Below are positions 58,401 through 64,000 of a DNA stretch of 64,000 nucleotides, in pieces. The DNA lies in assembly GCA_958009085.1 (NCBI GenBank), contig OY253668.1, forward strand, positions 1,054,001-1,118,000. Direction: 5' to 3'. Below the pieces are notes generated by a model that worked only from the letters and a program-made list of their open reading frames with translations, made no database searches and was not told where the DNA came from. The position numbers and the translations under genes are program-made. The stretch is from Protoeuglena noctilucae. Lineage: Eukaryota. Positions within the stretch are counted from its first letter, which is position 1. The number at the start of each line of letters is the position of its first letter.

Positions 58401-61400
58401 GTGCCGTGCAACGTGCTCAGTGTCTCACCACAGCGAGTACGACCGAGTCGATGACCTCGGACATTCGGAAGTGCGATGCGACGCTGAGCAGCGACTGGAG
58501 GCCCGCGAGTGCCCTGGCAGACGTGGGGGCGTCGTGGGCCGTCTCCAGGATCACCAGCAGCGCCGAGGCGGCCGGTCCCCACATAAAGGACAGCATGAGG
58601 TCGATGAAGGGGCAGTCGGCGGGGCTGAGGCGCAGGGTCTGCCCCCGCAGGTGCCGCGAGTCCTGGCGTATGTGCAGCAGCTGGGCGTAGGTCAGGCCGT
58701 CCACGTCCTCCGACATCCTCATCTCGTTTGAGCGGATGTTGTGGTAGATGCGCTTGAGCATGTCCACGGGGAGGTCCTCGCCCTTGTCCTTGTCGTTCTC
58801 CTTGTTTATGCCCCTCAGGTTCCTCACGAACATGTCCTCCGTCATGCGCTTGTGGTCGGCCACTTGCGACGAGTGCTGGTCCGTGTGGAGCATGATCATC
58901 GCGTAGGTGAACACCTGGATCACGTCCGTGTGCTTGGCCCAGGACGACAGCGAACAGCTCTCGTAGTACCACTGGGCAAACGCCTCGGTCATGCGAAGGA
59001 TCTTCTGGGACTCTCCGGGGATGCGGAAGTTGTCCAACAAGAGTCGCAGAGCGTCGTCCACCTGCATGTCCGTGAAGTCCAGCGTCCGGATGAAGTCCCT
59101 GCGAGGAGCGGCGTGTCCGTGGCGGGTTGCAGGTGTGACTACGCTCGGGGTGAGCCAGCTGCAACACGCGCGGCACAGGGCGGGGTGCTGAGGGCGCCGG
59201 TGCGGTAACAGCAGGACGCCTCATGTTGCCAGTGGGGCGCTGGACATTTTCAGGTGCCTCCCAGGTGCCTCCCAGCTACCCAAGCGCTGCCACGGTGCAG
59301 TGGCCTCGCTCGCACGCTCTCTCACTTGAGCACCACCTGGTTGAAGTCCGAGTGGTCCCCCAGGATCTCCCCCTTGGCACTCGAGAAGAGGCCGGGGCTG
59401 TGCCGCAGGAACATGGCGACGGCCTTGGTGTCGAGAGGAGTGGGGAGCAGGCCCAGGCCCTGAAGGTACTCGTAGGCCTTGGATGGCGTCTGCATAGCAC
59501 GATAGATACGCAGGGCAGTCAGTGCAGTTGGGGCAGTGAGGGCATCACGCTGCATCACAGAAAGCGCCAGCCCCCTCCACGATGCCATGAGCGGGGTGTG
59601 TGCACTCTCAGGCAAGAGCACCATCGGACACCCAGCGCGCCAAAGGCCGGCCACCGGTCGCAAGTGCTTGCAGGGGGCGCCTCGCCGCACCCAACGCGCG
59701 CGATCCGTGCCCATCTCCCGCACCTTGTTGAAGTACTCGGCCGCCACTTGCAGAATCTGCTTGCACGTCTTCTCCAAAAGGCATCCCATCGCCAGGTTTG
59801 CCTGGCGAGACCCCTGGTCCAACGATGGATCCACCAATGCCACGTTGGTCCACCCGCGCCCCTCCAGCTGACTCCATATGTCCACGTAAGACACCCGCCC
59901 CTCGCCCGCGGCCGCGTCCAGCGCAGCGCCCGCCAGAGCCGCCGCGATCGTGCCGTTCGCCCCGTCGCCCGCCTCCCCGTTCCCCGCGGCGCCCTGCCCG
60001 CCCTGCCCGTCCCGCCCCTGCCCCGGCGCCTTGGGCAGCCCGCTCCCGGCAGCCTGGAGGAGTCGCCGCAGGGCGGGCATGCGTGCCGCGTACTCGAACG
60101 ACGGCCGCGCCCCCGCCGTGCAAGCCGCGTCCAGGACCTGCAGCATGTTGGCGAAGGCCTCCATGCACAGGCGCTGGACGTTGGTCACGGCCTCGAACTT
60201 GCCGCGCTTCTGCACCACGCGGGACAGCAGGCTGCAGATCTCCTCGAACAGGTTGGACCTCTCGATGCGGCAGTCCAGCGACGCGTAGATGTCTGCGGGA
60301 GGCGCTTGGGTTCCGATCATTCGCAGCGCTTAGCACGGATCGTAGCCCTCCCAAAGCACGCTGTGCCGTGTGTGCAGCACGACACTTGCACGATGCATGC
60401 ACACTAGCCACAAGCACCAGCTTGCCTGTGAGGAACTGCGGCTGGAAGATGAAGTCGAGGAGTCCCTCGAGCGCCGCCTCCTGCGCCTCCCTGGGCAGCT
60501 CCGGGTCCCTGCCCTCCCCTAGCCGCAGAAGGAACTCCCGCACAAACGCGTCCAGCTGGAGCAGCATGAAGCGGCCCATCTGGCTGTACAGAGTGAGCAT
60601 CAAGTTGGTCACGAAGGGCAGGAAGACGTACCCGGGCCACGCAGCCACCTGCGCGCAGGGTCGTGCAGGGGTTGGCCGGAAATGTAGGGGCATGCACATG
60701 GGCGTTGCATGGCAGGGAGGGCGCGGGACGCCTCAACATGCGAACATGCGTGCATCGCTCTCGCCTCGAGGAGCCGGTGGAAGAGGACCCCCGTGACCCA
60801 CTCGATGATGTTGAGGGACCGCGCCAGCACTGACCCCCCGACCTTGAGAGCGGTGTCCAGAAGTTCCAGCACCAGGCGCACCTTGTCGGTGCTGCTGGCC
60901 GCCTGCTGGTCCACTGCGGGGAGGGACGAGGGCGGTGAGCCGTCAGCCACCCCCTCGGCTTCCCCGGAGCCCGGCCCATGCGAGCATGCGCGTGCTTCCG
61001 GCACCCACCGGGCAAGAGGTCCAAGAGGGACTCCAGGACCGCCAGGGCCGTGCCCAGGGCGTCTTCCGCGGACGCGCCGGCCCCCTCCGACGACGCGGCG
61101 GCCTGCGCGATGCGCGTGAAGACGGTGTGGATGGTGGCCGACATCATCGACGCGGACACATGCCGCAGAAGGGCGCTCGACTCGGTGCCACCGCTGTCGG
61201 ACGCCTTCTCCCCGACCAGGTACGCCAGCTGGATGATGTGAGCGATTCTCTCGCTGCTCAGGAAGCTCCCCGCGCGGCACTGGATGCACGCTCCCAGCGC
61301 CTGCGTGCGCCGGGTCGGTTTGCGAGGGTCCAGTCCGGTGTCCCACCCATGCACGGAGAAACGTGCCAAAGACCGACTGGAGCATTGATGCAGAGGCCCT

Positions 61401-61959
61401 CCAGCACGCGTGGCATGCCGTAATGCGCAGTGCACCCACGCACCTCCAGGATCTGCGCCGTCACCCTGTCGTTCTCCTCAGCCCCCGCGGGCACGAAGCG
61501 CGTCCACATGACGCACTGCGCGACGTGGTTGATCACGTCCGGGGCCTGCTCGCTGGCGGGGTCGATGAAACCCAGCGTCAACAGGCGGTGCACTGCCTGC
61601 ACCGCCGCAGCGGTGATCAGCCCGCTGACGTCCTTGGCCCGAGCGACGTTCAGGAACGGCTCAAAGCACTGAAGCGGCTGCTGGTAGCACACGCTCGGCT
61701 GCGGGAGGGGAAGGCGGGCGGGGAGGTGCGGGCGAGCTCAGCGCACCGCACCGACACCACGCTGCCTCCGCTCCCGGCGCGCGTGGCGCACCTCCTGGAA
61801 CACCATTCGCCGCAGCTCGCTCAGGGATATTATCAGTGGGTCCTGGGTGTCCTGTCGGCGCTGGAAGCGCTGGTTCTTTCGCATCTCGGCAATGACCACC
61901 GCGACCTCCCCCGCCACGACCAGCGGCATGGCCGCCTGGGAGATCTCCGCCGCTGCCAT
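55461..61959 (-). CDS. GBF1/GNOM-type large Sec7 ARF guanine nucleotide exchange factor; about 20 exons
   Basis: N-terminal GEVAVVIAEMRKN and EPFLNVARAKDVSGLIT, HUS box DIYASLDCRIERSNLFEE, Sec7 FRIPGESQKILRMTEAFA and YAMIMLHTDQH, C-terminal VRNAALSSLQR and EVPDILRNLLLVLSSKGIL..LWQITW. Confidence 0.93.
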
Positions 61960-62781
61960 CGCTCCACCGCCCCTTCTCAACCGATCCTGCGCGTCGTGGA
62001 GCGCACAGACTGGGTCGCGGGGAGGAACAAAATGCATTCAGAGGCGCAAGGCCTTGGGCAGCAGCACAGCTTGCCGCCTCGCACCCCTCAGGTCAAGCCC
62101 ACGGTTCCTTAGAGGGCCATGGAATCAGACTCCACAATAAAGCAGGCTCGCTGCCCGGCCTGGCCGTGCACAGGCTCGGGATCAGCAGACGCGCTGCGTC
62201 CCGGCCCACCCAGCTTAGGAGCGAAGCGCTTCCAAGCCCCAAGTCTCAGGCGTTCGGCCAGAGAGTGTCGATATGATGCCGTCAGCGGAATGACGCGGCT
62301 ATCAATCCAGCAGGCTGAGACCAGGCCCCAACGATGCCTTGCGGTACCGCCCTGCGCGTGTGATGGTCGCTTTGGGGACCCCAAACCGCCAGGCCCAAGC
62401 ACACGATTCAGAGAGGCATCATGATAAGGCATCCGCGCTGAAAATGATTCCTTTTCCCCCAGTCAGACCCCCTTGTCGGACGGGCCTGGCAGCCGGGCGC
62501 CGCGGTCGCATGAAGCCTTCGGCACGTTTCCCGATCGACTATTTCACACCGCGTCCAGCGGACATCTACTCATCCCACGAGTCACGCACGGCGCGCCAGG
62601 GCTGTCCCAGGCCGTCCGCCGGAGCCGATGAGGTGACCCGCTGGTCCAGATTCTATCCCCAGTTGCCTGCCTTCTCGTCTGCCACAGCCAGTGCCCCGGG
62701 GAGGCTCCTGGGTTCAGGTCCAGCGCCTCCGCGCTGGGCTCGCGCTGCTCACGCACCGCGTTGACAACGTCTCGTGATCAG

Positions 62782-64000
62782 AGTCCGGCCTCGTGCGGGC
62801 GCACGGGCTGGCAGGGGTCGGGCCTGGAGCTTTGAGCGCTGCGCGTGCTGGTCCCCCGCCTCTTGGGGCTGGGGGCTGGACTTGCACCGGGAACAACAGC
62901 AACAGCCGGACATTGCTTGATCCCGTGTCTCTGGAGGGTGCTTGGGGCATCCCGCGCCGCCCCGGCGTAGCAGCGGCAGACAACGTGGGTGGGACCCTCT
63001 GGGGCGCCCGCGTCCCACGGCCGGACTCGCCGCCTTGCATCGCAGTTTCAGGAAGGGGACGAGCCCCTTTCATGGACCTCGGGCTCCGGGAGGGCAGCCG
63101 TGCGAACGCCAGCTCAAGGTGATGGAGACTGGAGCACCGCGCCTGCCGCTGCGTCCCCGATGGCTGGCGTCTGACCATCTCCTCGTATTTCGTTGGTCGT
63201 GCAGGCGTGAGGGACGGCGGGGGAACGTGCGGGGGTCCCTGGACGTCTGTGGAAGCGTCGCGGAGGATCCGTCCCTCGCGGCAAGCCCCGCCGCGTCCCT
63301 GGGCTCCGTCTCGACGGTGCAACAGGGCATCGACTGGGTTTCTCTTGGGAAGGTGCTGATTGCGGACGAGGACGGGGGCCTTTCGGACAGCAGCGTCCAG
63401 CAAGTGCTGCAACTTTTGGACGGACACACTGCGGATGAGATTGAGGCAGGCGAGGGGCCGCGCGATATGTCGCAAATGCGCCAAACTACACTCCACTGGC
63501 GTCCGCACCGCTCGGCGCCGCGATCGCGCCCCAGGACGGGGCACGACGGGAGCTGGGGGGCCGCTGCTGCCGCGACGTGCCCGCGCGCCCGCCTCGTCCC
63601 GCAGCCACGTGTATGGCGCTGGAGTACGCGCGGCGTGAGGAAGACTTGCGTTCGGGCAGGTCTGAGATGCCCCGCGCGGCATCGTCGGGCGTGAAGGACG
63701 CCGCGGGGCGGCCTCCCCTGTCGCCCTACGGGGCACAGGACGCGGGGCCCGTCCAGGGAGGCGGCGGGGGCGCGGCCGGCACGCCCGGAGGGGCCACGAA
63801 AGACGCGCAGCAGCGCCGCGCGGGCGGCTGGGTGATTGGCCCCCCGCGGCCCGTGTCGGACGGGGTGTCGGTCACGGCCGACGGCAGCATGCGCCACGAG
63901 GTGACCGGCGGCGGTGCCGCTGCCCCCGCGCGGCCGTCTGAGCGCCGGCGGTGGCTCACTCTGACTCCATGCCGCGCCCGCAGGTGACCCCGCCCCGGGA
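62782..64000 (+). CDS. Hypothetical protein (partial, multi-exon, divergent from the GBF gene)
   Basis: In-phase exons at about 62782-63118, 63205-63449 and from 63605 (QVLQLLDGHTADEIEA/ATCMALEYARREEDLR). No recognisable domain; both ends are uncertain. Confidence 0.4.

Overview
This is intron-rich eukaryotic nuclear DNA with very high GC (about 70% by eye) and tightly packed genes. The six-frame ORF track is mostly shadow ORFs and exon fragments, so I rebuilt gene models by hand from splice signals and protein motifs. About 19 protein-coding genes are visible: an F-box protein, PAB (chloroplast ATPase biogenesis factor), a BIG-type Sec7 ARF-GEF, a SICKLE/MPLKIP-like protein, a nucleus-encoded mitochondrial ATP synthase alpha, a CDPK-like kinase, a bromodomain-ET protein, a coiled-coil protein, kinesin-9 KLP1, an OSBP, TAF9, a carotenoid cleavage dioxygenase, a CNBD K+ channel, TBCC, a CBS-pair protein, a secreted thioredoxin-domain protein, a tandem kinase-pseudokinase, a GBF/GNOM-type ARF-GEF and one unknown gene. 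Gene content implies a flagellated green alga; nuclear atp1 with this GC content is compatible with a pedinophyte or chlorophycean lineage (inference). The main oddities are about 19 GC-AG introns with a fixed GCGAG donor, a G-rich/C-rich skew tied to splice sites, tandem duplications of exon-intron junctions, a kinase-pseudokinase fusion and very short same-strand intergenic gaps. I recognised no RNA genes, transposons or CRISPR arrays. Homology calls come from recalled family motifs, not database searches.
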